Shown: positions 31,838 through 42,703, numbered from the stretch's first letter. The stretch is 64,000 nucleotides of DNA from Aquificaceae bacterium (GCA_041640635.1 JBEPZX010000002.1:1-64000); one strand, 5' to 3'. Made by a program: numbers and translations. Notes: generated by a model not told the origin, from the sequence alone.

Positions 31838-33355
31838 ATGGAGAAGGTTTATGCAGAGTTCCCCATTGTTTCTGTTAGTTTAATACTACCAATAATTGGA
31901 AGCTTGCTTATTGCCTTTTTAAGTGAGAGATATACGAAAGCCTTGTCTGTGATAACTACAGGAGCAGTTTTTGCATTATCTACGCTATCCCTCTTTTTCT
32001 TTGATTTTTCAAAAGCGCAAAAGATACAATTTTACGAAGAGTACACTCTAATAGAAAATTTGGGGCTTTATCTCAGTTTAGGTTTAGATGGTCTTTCTTT
32101 ACTTATGTATATTCTTACTACTTTAGTTTCCTTTGTTGCAATACTATGGTCTGTCAGGGATAAGCATATAAATACAAGACTCAAAGAGTATTACTTATTT
32201 TTTCTGATCACGGAAAGTTTTCTAATAGGTGTTTTTTCTTCTTGGGACATAGTAGTCTTTTATGTGTTTTATGAACTCACATTGGTCCCAATGTTTTTCG
32301 TAATAGGTATATGGGGCTATAAGCTGAGAATGTACTCTGCCTATAAGTTTTTCATATACATATTTGTATCTTCTCTATTCTTACTCTTGGGTATTGTTTC
32401 TGTAGCTATACAGCATTACAAAAATTTCGGAGAAATTTCCTTTAGTTACCTTGATCTTATTAAAAATGAGTACAGTATTGGTTTTGAGGTTTTTCTATTT
32501 TTCTTATTTTTTATAGCCTTTGCCGTAAAAACACCTATAGTTCCATTTCATACATGGCTGCCAGATGCTCATGGTGAAGCACCTACGGCTGGCTCTGTGG
32601 TATTGGCTGCTGTTCTTTTGAAAATGGGAACTTATGCTTTGCTCAGATTTAACATAGGACTATTCCCAGAAGCTAGTGTATTCCTAATGCCTTTGATGGT
32701 TATTTGGGGAATAATCACTATAGTTTTTGCTTCTTGGTTTACTATAACCCAATCAAATGTGAAGAGATTTGTTGCTTATTCTTCTGTTAGCCATATGGGT
32801 TTTGTTGTTACAGGAATGTTTTTACTTAATTACGAAGGAATGAGAGCTAGTGTAATGGAAATGTTTGCTCACGGTCTTACATCATCAGCATTATTTATGA
32901 TGGCTGGGTTTATATATAACAGGCTTCATAGTTTTAATATGGATATGCTTAGAGGAAGTATCGTTTTTATGCCTATTTTTGCAGTGCTTATAGTAATTAC
33001 AGGATTTTCTTCTATGGGTCTACCTGGAGGATCTTCCTTTTGGGGTAAGTTCTTAACCATATTAGGTGCAAAGGAATATTCTCTGAACCTTTCTCTCTTT
33101 GTTTTGGCAGGTGCTTTCTTCAGTGGAGTTTATGTACTATACCTTCTAAAAACACTTTTCCTGGATGCAAAGAGTGTTAGCCGTATAGTGCATTTCACAG
33201 ATATAAGAGGGTATAAGTTAGTTGCCTTTTTATTCACAGTAATACCTATGTTAATGGTAGGATTCTTACCCTTTCTTTTCTTTATAATTTTCGATCAAAC
33301 TATACATAATCTCCTTTCTTTAATCGCTCAGAAAGCAATGGGAGGTATCCAGTAA
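31838..33355 (+). CDS. nuoM: NADH-quinone oxidoreductase subunit M (copy 1)
   Basis: FYE, VKTPIVPFHTWLPDAHGEAP, LLKMG, AYSSVSHMG. Confidence 0.95.
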   Translation: MEKVYAEFPIVSVSLILPIIGSLLIAFLSERYTKALSVITTGAVFALSTLSLFFFDFSKAQKIQFYEEYTLIENLGLYLSLGLDGLSLLMYILTTLVSFVAILWSVRDKHINTRLKEYYLFFLITESFLIGVFSSWDIVVFYVFYELTLVPMFFVIGIWGYKLRMYSAYKFFIYIFVSSLFLLLGIVSVAIQHYKNFGEISFSYLDLIKNEYSIGFEVFLFFLFFIAFAVKTPIVPFHTWLPDAHGEAPTAGSVVLAAVLLKMGTYALLRFNIGLFPEASVFLMPLMVIWGIITIVFASWFTITQSNVKRFVAYSSVSHMGFVVTGMFLLNYEGMRASVMEMFAHGLTSSALFMMAGFIYNRLHSFNMDMLRGSIVFMPIFAVLIVITGFSSMGLPGGSSFWGKFLTILGAKEYSLNLSLFVLAGAFFSGVYVLYLLKTLFLDAKSVSRIVHFTDIRGYKLVAFLFTVIPMLMVGFLPFLFFIIFDQTIHNLLSLIAQKAMGGIQ

Positions 33356-34807
33356 ATGGAACAGATAGTAGGCGTTGAGTTTCCCAATCTCAGTTTATTA
33401 GTTCCCGAGATAATAATCCTCATAACTGGATTCATATTGTTCAGTTTAGATCTTCTTTACAAAAGAATAAATCATACTTTAGCCATAAGTGTAAGTTTCA
33501 TAGGTTATCTCGTGGCATTTTTGTATTTAGCTTTAAACTTCCATCTTACTGGAGAAACCTTCTATGGTTTATATGTAAGAGATACCTTTTCCTCTTTGCT
33601 ACAATCTGTAATGATACTTTTAAGCTTAGCCATACTTGCCTTTACTTACACTTATTACAAGCACAAAAACTCCCTTTACGGCGAATTTTACTACATCCTC
33701 TCTTTCGTATTAGTAGGGGCACTTTTTCTAGCTTCTTCTTATAATTTGATCGTTGTTTACATAGCCCTAGAAGCAGTATCAATAAGCTTTTACATACTAA
33801 CAGCCCTTTCTAGAAAAGACTTTAATTCTAAGGAAGGTGCTTTCAAATACCTAATACTAGGTGGCATATCCATAGCTCTTTCATCATATGGTGCTGGTTT
33901 TATGTATCTATATTCTGGCTCTTTAGACCTAAGAGATATCTTGACACACCTAGCTGACGATGAAAAGTTGCTTATCCTAGGTGTAGTGTTTTTCTTAGTT
34001 GGATTTGCTATAAAAATTGGAGCTGTACCTTTTCATTTCTGGCTACCTGATGCCTATCAAGGTGCGCCTACACCAATTACAGCCTATATGGCAAGCGTAG
34101 GAAAACTAGCCTTCTTTGCTCCACTAGCACGTATCATGCCTCTTGTTAGTGAACACTTTGAAAACGCTTGGATACTGACTATATCTATAATTTCAGCTTT
34201 GACTATGTTATATGGTAATTTGGTAGCTCTTTCTCAAAAGGATGTAAAAAGACTTTTAGCTTACTCCTCTATAGCTCACTCAGGTTACATATTGGCAGGT
34301 ATGGCTGTATCTCATGTCATAGGTTTAAAGGCTGTTCTCTACTTCCTAGTAGCTTACTCTATAATGGGTATGGGTGGATTCGTTATTCTTGGCATCCTGG
34401 AAAGAAATAAGGGGTGGGAAAACAAGATAGATGATTTTGCTGGTTTGCGCTTTTCCAAATTTTATTTGGCTTTAGCCTTTGCAGTGTTCATGTTTTCCTT
34501 ACTAGGAGTTCCACCTACGGTAGGTTTTGTAGCTAAGGCTTTGGTCTTCATGGCTTTGGCTTACAAAGAACTATGGTTACTAGCTTTTGTGATGATTATC
34601 GCTACAGGTATATCTACGGGTTACTACCTTAGATTGGTAGCTGTTATGTTTATGAGAAGAGAGGAAAGCCCTGTAGAAGTTGATCTTTCAAAAAGTGAAA
34701 AATTGGTTTTAAGCTTCCTAAGCATAGCTACTTTAATTTTAGGAATTCTACCAATGATACTTTGGTTTTTTGTTGATATTTCTGCGGAGCTTCTTTTTAG
34801 GAGGTAG
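33356..34807 (+). CDS. nuoN: NADH-quinone oxidoreductase subunit N (copy 1)
   Basis: EGAFKY, KIGAVPFHFWLPDAYQGAP, KRLLAYSSIAHSG, GVPP.VGF.AK. Confidence 0.95.
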   Translation: MEQIVGVEFPNLSLLVPEIIILITGFILFSLDLLYKRINHTLAISVSFIGYLVAFLYLALNFHLTGETFYGLYVRDTFSSLLQSVMILLSLAILAFTYTYYKHKNSLYGEFYYILSFVLVGALFLASSYNLIVVYIALEAVSISFYILTALSRKDFNSKEGAFKYLILGGISIALSSYGAGFMYLYSGSLDLRDILTHLADDEKLLILGVVFFLVGFAIKIGAVPFHFWLPDAYQGAPTPITAYMASVGKLAFFAPLARIMPLVSEHFENAWILTISIISALTMLYGNLVALSQKDVKRLLAYSSIAHSGYILAGMAVSHVIGLKAVLYFLVAYSIMGMGGFVILGILERNKGWENKIDDFAGLRFSKFYLALAFAVFMFSLLGVPPTVGFVAKALVFMALAYKELWLLAFVMIIATGISTGYYLRLVAVMFMRREESPVEVDLSKSEKLVLSFLSIATLILGILPMILWFFVDISAELLFRR

Positions 34808-34810
34808 CTT

Positions 34811-35182
34811 ATGGATTATTTGGGCCTTGTTTTACTATTTTTTGTGGTTTTAGGTATTGCTTTTGTTATGGCTTTTGTCAATAACCTTCTTGGGCCCAAA
34901 ACCCCAGAAAGCATGCAAGATTATCCTTATGAATGTGGAGTTCCCCTCTACGACAAAAATGCTCAATCTACCTTTCATCAAGGATATTACCTTTTGGGTC
35001 TTTTATTGCTTTTATTTGATATAGAAGCCGCTTTTCTGTTTCCTTGGACGGTTGTTTACAGATACTTAGGTATTTTTGGCTTCATTGAAATGTTTCTGTT
35101 TATATTTATACTAACTTACGGATTGCTTTATGCTTGGAGAAAAGGTGGACTAAATTGGCAATTTGAGGAGGAAAGTATCTGA
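34811..35182 (+). CDS. nuoA: NADH-quinone oxidoreductase subunit A
   Basis: PYECG, FDIE...FPW, YAWRKGGL. Confidence 0.95.
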   Translation: MDYLGLVLLFFVVLGIAFVMAFVNNLLGPKTPESMQDYPYECGVPLYDKNAQSTFHQGYYLLGLLLLLFDIEAAFLFPWTVVYRYLGIFGFIEMFLFIFILTYGLLYAWRKGGLNWQFEEESI

Positions 35183-36894
35183 TGGCTTGGGCTAAAGCAC
35201 AGGATTTTTTTGAGCTAAAAGAAAGGTTTAAGTCATTAACAATAGAAGAGAATAAAAACACCACAACTTTGTATATAGAAAAGGAAAAGCTTATAGAACT
35301 GCTAAAGTCTCTGAAAGAAAGAGGGTACAAACTCTTTATCGATCACTCTGTCATAGACTATCCAGACAAAAAACCTAGGTTTTTGGCTTTTTATATACTT
35401 TACAACGTAGATGAGAGGAAAAGAGTAATTGTAAAAACGTGGACTGATAACACACTTCCCACAATAGAAAACCTTTGGTTTGCAGGTAAGTGGGCAGAAA
35501 GAGAGTGTTATGATATGTTCGGTATTAGATACGAAGGTCATGAAAACTTGGTAAGAGCTTTTATGTGGGAAACTTACCAGTATCATCCACTTAGAAAAGA
35601 TTTTCCGTTAGAAGGTTTTCCAACTGAAGATCTTCCATCTTTGAACGAAGTTTTATGGGATGATAAACTCTCGGGCACAATGAACTACAATCGTATGCAC
35701 ACCGCTGTTCCCACATTGGAAGATTTAGAAATTACAGAAAAAAGAAGGCTTCAAAAACAAGCACAAATAGTTCTTAATTGGGGTCCATTGCATCCTGGAA
35801 CGCATGGTACTATGTGGTTTTTGTTTGATTTAGAAGGTGAGCGTGTTTTCAACTGTGACATAATTCTTGGACAACTACACAGAGGTGTAGAAAAACTAGC
35901 TGAGAATCAGATGTACAATCAATTCCTTGTATACACGGATAGAATGGACTATCTTTCGGCACTCTGTTCTAATCAAGCTTGGGTTGTAGCTATAGAAAGG
36001 CTATTGGGCATAGAAGATATAGTTCCAGAGAAAGCCAAGTATATAAGAACAATGATGGCGGAAATTCAAAGGATTAATTCTCATCTTCTTTGGCTTGGAA
36101 CATACGCCTTAGACTTGGGAGCTCTTACTATATTCTTGTATGCCTTCAAGGAAAGAGAAAAGATAATGGACATAATAGAGGGAATCACTGGTGCAAGGTT
36201 GACTATTTCTTATCCACGTATCGGTGGTGTGCGTATGGATCTTCCAGAGGGTGCTTTAGAGGTAATAAAAGCGTTTATAGATAGATTCCCAAGGGAACTA
36301 AAAGAATGGGAAACAATTCTCAGTAGAAACAGAATATGGCAGAGAAGAAACATAGGTGTAGGTGTGATCTCTAAGGAAGATGTTTACTATTATGGCTTGA
36401 CTGGACCTGTAGCAAGAGGTTCTGGAGTTCCCTATGACCTTAGGGTTTTTGAACCTTACGATGCATACCCTTGGGTTGAATTTGATATACCTGTAGGTGA
36501 AAATGGAGATGCCTACGACAGGTATTTGGTGAGAATCGAGGAGATGAAACAGAGCATCAGGATTATACAGCAGTGTGTGAGTAAATTGGAGAAGATGAAA
36601 GGTGAACCTTTCTTTGCCGAATCACCTGATCCAAAAAAAATAAAGCTCAGCATAGACGGGATCGGTCTAAAAGTTCCAGCGGGTGAAATATACTCATCAG
36701 GGGAAAATCCAAGGGGAGAGCTAGGTTTTTATGTGGTTTCCGATGGTTCTACTAAACCTTACAGAGTAAAGATAAGACCTGGTTCTATGTACAATTTATC
36801 CGTGTATCCCCATTTAATGAAGGATAGAGTTATAGCGGACGCTGTTACCATTTTGGCAAGCATAGATCCTGTAGTAGGAGAAATAGACAGGTAG
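35182..36894 (+). CDS. nuoCD: NADH-quinone oxidoreductase fused subunit C/D
   Basis: NuoC part WAERECYDMFGI...HPLRKDFP; NuoD part GPLHPGTHG, HRGVEK, DRMDY, ENPRGELG, GEIDR. Confidence 0.95.
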   Translation: MAWAKAQDFFELKERFKSLTIEENKNTTTLYIEKEKLIELLKSLKERGYKLFIDHSVIDYPDKKPRFLAFYILYNVDERKRVIVKTWTDNTLPTIENLWFAGKWAERECYDMFGIRYEGHENLVRAFMWETYQYHPLRKDFPLEGFPTEDLPSLNEVLWDDKLSGTMNYNRMHTAVPTLEDLEITEKRRLQKQAQIVLNWGPLHPGTHGTMWFLFDLEGERVFNCDIILGQLHRGVEKLAENQMYNQFLVYTDRMDYLSALCSNQAWVVAIERLLGIEDIVPEKAKYIRTMMAEIQRINSHLLWLGTYALDLGALTIFLYAFKEREKIMDIIEGITGARLTISYPRIGGVRMDLPEGALEVIKAFIDRFPRELKEWETILSRNRIWQRRNIGVGVISKEDVYYYGLTGPVARGSGVPYDLRVFEPYDAYPWVEFDIPVGENGDAYDRYLVRIEEMKQSIRIIQQCVSKLEKMKGEPFFAESPDPKKIKLSIDGIGLKVPAGEIYSSGENPRGELGFYVVSDGSTKPYRVKIRPGSMYNLSVYPHLMKDRVIADAVTILASIDPVVGEIDR

Positions 36895-36903
36895 GAGGCA
36901 CAT

Positions 36904-37953
36904 ATGGAAGGAATCGTGGCAAATCTTGTATTGATAGCCATAAAGATAGTGGTTATCCTTCTTATCACACTGGGTATAGGTGCCTTTTTGACATGGGTGG
37001 AAAGAAAGGTTGCTGCACACATACAGAGAAGACCAGGTCCTATGGTAGTAGGATGGCATGGACTTTTGCAACCTTTAGCTGATGGTTTAAAACTCTTAAC
37101 AAAAGAAGATTTGTTCCCTAGATATGGAAATAAGTTTCTGTATTACTTAGCTATAGTTATGGCTCTGGTGCCAGCTACGTTAACTTTTGCTGTTGTTCCC
37201 TTTGGGCCTGAATTTACTGTCTTTGGAGTAACTGTAAAACCTATTCTTACAGACGTGAATATAGGTATACTGCTTGTTTTTGCTTTAGGATCTATGGCAG
37301 TTTACGCTATAGCTCTGGCTGGTTGGGCTTCTAACTCCAAATACGCCTTAATAGGTTCTATGAGGAAGGCAGGTATCGTAGTATCTTACGAGGTAGTCAT
37401 AACTTTTGCTGTAATGGGTCCTATTATCCTAGCTGGTAGTTTATCCACCTACAATATAGTCCAAGCACAGATAGAACAAAAGCTCTGGTATATATGGCTT
37501 CAACCTATGGCATTTGTAGTTTACATGTTTGCTGTTTTGGCAGAAATGGGAAGAGTACCTTTCGACGTTCAAGAAGCAGAAGCCGAACTAACTACCGGTT
37601 TCACTGTTGAGTATGGTGGTATGAAGTTTGGTATATTTCCACTTGTGGAGTGGTATATAGAAGGTTTAGCGCTTTCTGCTATTGGTGTGGTTCTATTTTT
37701 GGGAGGATGGTCTCCTTTAAATATTCCTTTTGTAGGTTTTGTAGACCCATTCTTTTTCTTAGGTCCACTTTCTCCATTCTTCTGGTTTGCTGCAAAGGTA
37801 ACATTGGTTTTTCTTTTCATACTTTGGTTACATTGGACACTGCCAAGATACAGAATAGACCAAATTACGGAAACAGCTTGGAAAGTAATGTTGCCAATAA
37901 CTTTTATAAACTTAGTTTTTACAGCTGTTATAGCTCCACTTATATGGAGGTAA
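36904..37953 (+). CDS. nuoH: NADH-quinone oxidoreductase subunit H
   Basis: ERKV.AHIQRRPGP, GLLQPLADGLKL, GWASNSKY, R.PFD..EAE.EL..G..VEY. Confidence 0.95.
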   Translation: MEGIVANLVLIAIKIVVILLITLGIGAFLTWVERKVAAHIQRRPGPMVVGWHGLLQPLADGLKLLTKEDLFPRYGNKFLYYLAIVMALVPATLTFAVVPFGPEFTVFGVTVKPILTDVNIGILLVFALGSMAVYAIALAGWASNSKYALIGSMRKAGIVVSYEVVITFAVMGPIILAGSLSTYNIVQAQIEQKLWYIWLQPMAFVVYMFAVLAEMGRVPFDVQEAEAELTTGFTVEYGGMKFGIFPLVEWYIEGLALSAIGVVLFLGGWSPLNIPFVGFVDPFFFLGPLSPFFWFAAKVTLVFLFILWLHWTLPRYRIDQITETAWKVMLPITFINLVFTAVIAPLIWR

Positions 37954-37957
37954 GGAA

Positions 37958-38581
37958 ATGATTAAGAAGGTATTTGAAAAACCTATTAGCTGGATAGAGC
38001 GCATTGTATTTCTAGATTTTATAAAAGGTCTTTCAATAACTATAAGACATGCATTTAGAAAAACTATAACTACTCACTATCCTTACGAAAAGATAACACC
38101 TCCAAAAAGATTTAGAGGCTTTCATGGACATAAAGTCATAGATGGGAATGAACCTCAACCTGCATTCGATGAATGGGTAGGTCGTTTCAACATACATGTG
38201 CAACCTGGGAAAAGTAGGTGTGTTGTGTGTCAGCTTTGTAAAAGAGCTTGTCCTGTTCCTGAGTTATTCCAAATAGAGGGAGAAAAGCTTCCAAATGGCA
38301 AAAGGGTATTGAAAACTTTCAATATGAACCTAATGCTCTGTACTTTCTGTGGACTCTGTGTAGATGCCTGCCCCGTGGATTGCCTTTTTATGAGTGACAT
38401 ACATGAAACAGCATGTTATACAAGAAAAGATGCTATACTTGATATTGAAATATTAGAAAAAATCGGGAAAGATTGGCAATTAAGAAGAGAAAATGAACCT
38501 GACAGAATTTGGATAGATGATACCCAGAGAAAAAGACTTTGGTATGAGAACAACTTAAGCTTTTTGGAGGATAAAAAATAA
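37958..38581 (+). CDS. nuoI: NADH-quinone oxidoreductase subunit I (copy 2)
   Basis: CVVCQLCKRACP, CTFCGLCVDACP. Confidence 0.93.
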   Translation: MIKKVFEKPISWIERIVFLDFIKGLSITIRHAFRKTITTHYPYEKITPPKRFRGFHGHKVIDGNEPQPAFDEWVGRFNIHVQPGKSRCVVCQLCKRACPVPELFQIEGEKLPNGKRVLKTFNMNLMLCTFCGLCVDACPVDCLFMSDIHETACYTRKDAILDIEILEKIGKDWQLRRENEPDRIWIDDTQRKRLWYENNLSFLEDKK

Positions 38582-39099
38582 TGCAATGGATGGCTTTTTT
38601 GATTTTTTCATCTTTGGCCATACTCTCTGGAATAGGTGTTGTAGCTTTGCCTAATCCTATTTACGTAATTGTAGCACTACTTTCAGCCCTAATATGCATC
38701 GCTGGAATTTTTTTTGTTTCAGGAGCAGAACTAGTAGGTGCACTACAACTTCTCATATACGCAGTAGCTATAACTGTATTTTATGTGTTTGTACTGACGG
38801 CAGTTCCATGGGAAAAGGCACTTAAGAAAGAATCCCATTACAAAGTCGAGGGCTTGATATCCTTTCCATTCATAGTTGGGCTTTATCTAGAAATCATACT
38901 AGTATTCATAGCAGGGGTAACTGTCTCTCCACAAGGTCAAATAAAAGAGCTTGTTACCAAGTTTGGAAATACAGAAGTCATAGGTGCTATCTTATTTAGT
39001 AAATATTTCTTGGCTTTTGAACTTGTTTCTTTAGTACTTCTAGTAGGTATGATAGGTGCTGTCTTAATAGGAAGAAAGGAGGACCAGGTTTATGATTAG
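38581..39099 (+). CDS. nuoJ: NADH-quinone oxidoreductase subunit J (copy 2)
   Basis: QLLIYAVAI, FELVSLVLLVGMIGAV. Confidence 0.93.
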   Translation: MQWMAFLIFSSLAILSGIGVVALPNPIYVIVALLSALICIAGIFFVSGAELVGALQLLIYAVAITVFYVFVLTAVPWEKALKKESHYKVEGLISFPFIVGLYLEIILVFIAGVTVSPQGQIKELVTKFGNTEVIGAILFSKYFLAFELVSLVLLVGMIGAVLIGRKEDQVYD

Positions 39100-39394
39100 T
39101 CTAGAAGCTTACTTAGTTGTAAGCATAATTCTTTTTGGACTTGGCATTTTTGGAATGATAGTAAGGCGTAACTTGGTAACTGTTTTAATGAGTATGGAAC
39201 TAGCTCTTAATGCTGTAAATATACTTTTCATAGGTGCTGATGTGCATTTAAACTTAGCCAATGGTCAAGTATTTGCACTTTTTATAATTGCTCTTGCGGC
39301 AGCAGAAGCAGCTGTAGGTTTAGGTATAATAATAGCTATTTTCAGACTAAGAAAAGTAGACTCTACAGATGAAATAACGGATATGAGAGGTTAA
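39092..39394 (+). CDS. nuoK: NADH-quinone oxidoreductase subunit K (copy 2)
   Basis: ELALN, GQVFA, AAAEAAVGL. Confidence 0.93.
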   Translation: MISLEAYLVVSIILFGLGIFGMIVRRNLVTVLMSMELALNAVNILFIGADVHLNLANGQVFALFIIALAAAEAAVGLGIIIAIFRLRKVDSTDEITDMRG

Positions 39395-41029
39395 GGAATG
39401 GAGAGTGTAATAGTAATACTGTCACCACTAATAGCCTTTTTAATCATAGCTTTTTTCGGTAGAAAAATAGGAGACCTAGCCTCAGCTATCATCTGCATTT
39501 TAGGTGGTGCCCTGTCATTCCTATTTTCTACCTTCATCTCCTACCAAGTACTATCCTCACAAAACCCTATTCACATCAAACTCTATAACTTCCTCCCTCT
39601 CCAAAACTTCACTATCTCCTTTGGTCTATACTTTGATACATTATCCGCAATCACTACCACTGTAGTTACATTTGTCTCTACCTTGATCTTCATCTACTCA
39701 GTTGGTTACATGCATAACCTCTTTGGTCAATGGACTTACAAGTTCTATGCATACCTATCCTTGTTCCTCTTTGCTATGCTCCTTATACTGCTTTCTGACA
39801 ACCTCTTGGGTATTTTCTTCGGTTGGGAAGGTGTTGGTCTTGCTTCTTACCTTCTGATTGGATACTTCCATGAAACCAAAAAAGCAGCTAATGCCTCCTT
39901 GGAAGCCTTTACCTTAAACAGAGTTGGTGACTGGCTCTTTATCTTCGGTATCATCTATTGCTTCTATCTATTTGGTAGCATAGATCTTTTAGACATATTC
40001 AAAGGAGTAAATGATGTAAACAAAAATCTCTTAGGTGTGGCAGCTCTTCTCTTGTTTGGGGGGGCAGTTGGCAAATCTGGGCAACTACCACTGCACACGT
40101 GGTTGCCCAACGCTATGGCAGGTCCTACACCTGTCTCTGCTTTGCTTCACGCTGCCACCATGGTAGCAGCTGGTGTGTACTTGGTAGCAAGAGTATACCC
40201 TGTGTTTGATAATGCGCCAGAAAGCCTAAAAGTTGTGGCGTTAGTTGGTGGTATAACAGCTCTATTTGCAGCTCTTTCAGCTACAGCACAAACAGACATA
40301 AAGAAGATCATAGCCTTTTCTACTATGTCACAACTTGGTCTTATGTATCTAGCCTTAGGAATAGGTGATCAAGTAGGAGCGATGTTTCATCTGACTACAC
40401 ATGCCTTTTTTAAGGCTTTGCTCTTTTTGGCAGCAGGTAGTGTAATACACGCCTTTGGGCACCATGTGCATGACATATTTGAGGTAGGCAACCTGAAAAA
40501 ATACATGCCAATAACGTATGGTATGTTTATGGTAGGTGCATTGGCACTGGCAGGAGTTTTTCCACTGTCAGGATTTTGGAGCAAAGACAGGATCATAGGT
40601 AGTGTGTATGATGTAAGTTTTGGGTTTGGTGTGCTGGCGAGTGTAGTGAGTTTATTGACAGCGTATTACATATTTAGGGAAGCTTTTGTGATGTTTCATG
40701 GGAAAGAGAGACACAAAGACAAGGCACATGAGAGTGAGGGAGTGATGGTGGTGCCTATGGTTGTGTTGGCAATAATGGCAGTGGGTAGTGGGTTTTTTGA
40801 AGGTTGGTATAGTGGATTATTTGGAGCACACAAAGAGATACACCTGAATATAGCAGTAATGTCTGTAGTAATAGCATTGGTGGGTATTGGTATAGCTTAC
40901 TTGGTGTATGTAAGAGGTCTTGTAGAGCCAGAGAGAGCTTACGAGTCACTAAAAACACTTCATACAACCTTTAAAGAACAGTTCTTTACTGAAAAACTCT
41001 ACCATAAAATACTCGCTAATGGATACATG
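39386..41029 (+). repeat. 1644-bp direct repeat, copy 2
   Basis: Near-identical to 29912-31555; both diverge right after GCTAATGGATACATG. Confidence 0.95.
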
Positions 41030-41224
41030 TTGTACTCCAATTTAATATATGCAGCATTTGAGAAGCAATTTATAGATAAAATAGTGGAGAGCACTTACAG
41101 ATTATCTAATGGGATTGGTGATTTTGTTAAGTTTCTACATACAGGTAAGATAAACCACTATATGTGGACAGCTTACTTAGGAATAGCAATCTTTCTTATC
41201 ATACTCATAGTTATGGGAGGTTAG
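39398..41224 (+). CDS. nuoL: NADH-quinone oxidoreductase subunit L (copy 2)
   Basis: Same protein as copy 1 for the first 544 aa, different C-terminus. Confidence 0.95.
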   Translation: MESVIVILSPLIAFLIIAFFGRKIGDLASAIICILGGALSFLFSTFISYQVLSSQNPIHIKLYNFLPLQNFTISFGLYFDTLSAITTTVVTFVSTLIFIYSVGYMHNLFGQWTYKFYAYLSLFLFAMLLILLSDNLLGIFFGWEGVGLASYLLIGYFHETKKAANASLEAFTLNRVGDWLFIFGIIYCFYLFGSIDLLDIFKGVNDVNKNLLGVAALLLFGGAVGKSGQLPLHTWLPNAMAGPTPVSALLHAATMVAAGVYLVARVYPVFDNAPESLKVVALVGGITALFAALSATAQTDIKKIIAFSTMSQLGLMYLALGIGDQVGAMFHLTTHAFFKALLFLAAGSVIHAFGHHVHDIFEVGNLKKYMPITYGMFMVGALALAGVFPLSGFWSKDRIIGSVYDVSFGFGVLASVVSLLTAYYIFREAFVMFHGKERHKDKAHESEGVMVVPMVVLAIMAVGSGFFEGWYSGLFGAHKEIHLNIAVMSVVIALVGIGIAYLVYVRGLVEPERAYESLKTLHTTFKEQFFTEKLYHKILANGYMLYSNLIYAAFEKQFIDKIVESTYRLSNGIGDFVKFLHTGKINHYMWTAYLGIAIFLIILIVMGG

Positions 41225-41225
41225 C

Positions 41226-42701
41226 ATGGAACATTTACTAAGCGTAGCCATTTTTCTGCCTTTACTCAGCGCACTGTTTGTTGGGATTGTGCGTAATGAA
41301 AAGTTTACAAAGCTCCTTTCTATAGCTACAGCTTCTGTTGTTTTTATCATTACACTTTACCTATTTTTGAATTTCGATTGGAACATTAAAGATTTTCAGT
41401 TTGTTTCCAAGTATACATGGATTCCACAGTTAGGTATTTCCTATCACATAGGCGTAGATGGTATGGCTCTATCTCTTCTTTTGTTAACATCCTTTATGTT
41501 TTTGGTAGCTTTTATCTGGTCTTTGAAGATAGAAGATAGACCAAACCTCTATTACGCTTTGTTCTTGGGATTGTTTACCGCTTGTATGGGAGTGTTTTCA
41601 GCTCTGGACTTTTTCCTTTTTTACCTATTTTGGGAAGGTATGCTCATTCCCATGTATTTCATAATAGGCTTTTGGGGTCACGATAGAAAAGTTTACGCTG
41701 CCAATAAGTTCTTTGTGTATACCTTCTTTGGTAGTCTGTTCCTTCTTTTGGGAGTTGCTTCTATTATAGTATACGGTTACTTAGTGTCCGGACAAATATC
41801 CTTTGATTATATGTTCCACAAAAATCTGAGTTATCCTTTCTGGCTCCAAACGTTGGCTTTTTTCCTCTTTGGTATAGGTTTTGCTGTGAAGATTCCTATG
41901 TGGCCTGTACATACATGGCTTCCAGATGCGCACGTAGAAGCTCCTACAGCTGGTTCCGTAATATTAGCTGCTGTTCTTTTGAAAATGGGAACATACGGCT
42001 TTGTTAGATATTCTCTACCTTTGTTCCCAGAAGCTAGCAAAGAGTATGTATATATAATCTTTGTGCTTAGCTTAATTGCTATTATATACACAGCTATGAT
42101 GGCAATAGCTCAAACCCACATAAAGCGTCTTATAGCTTACTCTTCCATAAGTCACATGGGATTGGTTACATTGGGAACTTTTGCATCGAATCCTGACGCA
42201 CTAAATGGCGCCATATTTATGATGATAGGACACGGTATATCTTCTGCTGCTCTCTTTATGGCTGCAGGTTTCATATACGACAGGATACATTCCTACCATA
42301 TGGATGATCTTGGAGGGCTTGCGAAATACATCCCTAATTTAGCCATATTTTTCATGATAGCTGGACTCACAAGCATAGGATTTCCTGGTCTTGCAGGATT
42401 TGTTGGAGAGTTTTTGATACTCTTAGGTACCTTTAAGGGCTTCCCTGTATGGGCATTTATAGCAGGTACTGGCATGATACTTAGCGCAGCTTATTTCTTG
42501 TACATGTATAAAAGAGTTATGTTTGAAGAAGAAACCATATCGGATTATAGAAGAGAAAAATGGAAAAAGCTTAAAGATATAGAAAAACACCACTGGGTTT
42601 CTTTTGTTTTGGTTACCATAGCTTCATTGTTACTTGGGCTGTACCCATTTCCTTTTGTGAAGATAATGGAGCAAACAGCTAAGTATGTCCTCGGAGGATA
42701 G
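41226..42701 (+). CDS. nuoM: NADH-quinone oxidoreductase subunit M (copy 2)
   Basis: FWE, VKIPMWPVHTWLPDAHVEAP, AYSSISHMG, GFVGEF. Confidence 0.95.
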   Translation: MEHLLSVAIFLPLLSALFVGIVRNEKFTKLLSIATASVVFIITLYLFLNFDWNIKDFQFVSKYTWIPQLGISYHIGVDGMALSLLLLTSFMFLVAFIWSLKIEDRPNLYYALFLGLFTACMGVFSALDFFLFYLFWEGMLIPMYFIIGFWGHDRKVYAANKFFVYTFFGSLFLLLGVASIIVYGYLVSGQISFDYMFHKNLSYPFWLQTLAFFLFGIGFAVKIPMWPVHTWLPDAHVEAPTAGSVILAAVLLKMGTYGFVRYSLPLFPEASKEYVYIIFVLSLIAIIYTAMMAIAQTHIKRLIAYSSISHMGLVTLGTFASNPDALNGAIFMMIGHGISSAALFMAAGFIYDRIHSYHMDDLGGLAKYIPNLAIFFMIAGLTSIGFPGLAGFVGEFLILLGTFKGFPVWAFIAGTGMILSAAYFLYMYKRVMFEEETISDYRREKWKKLKDIEKHHWVSFVLVTIASLLLGLYPFPFVKIMEQTAKYVLGG

Positions 42702-42703
42702 AA

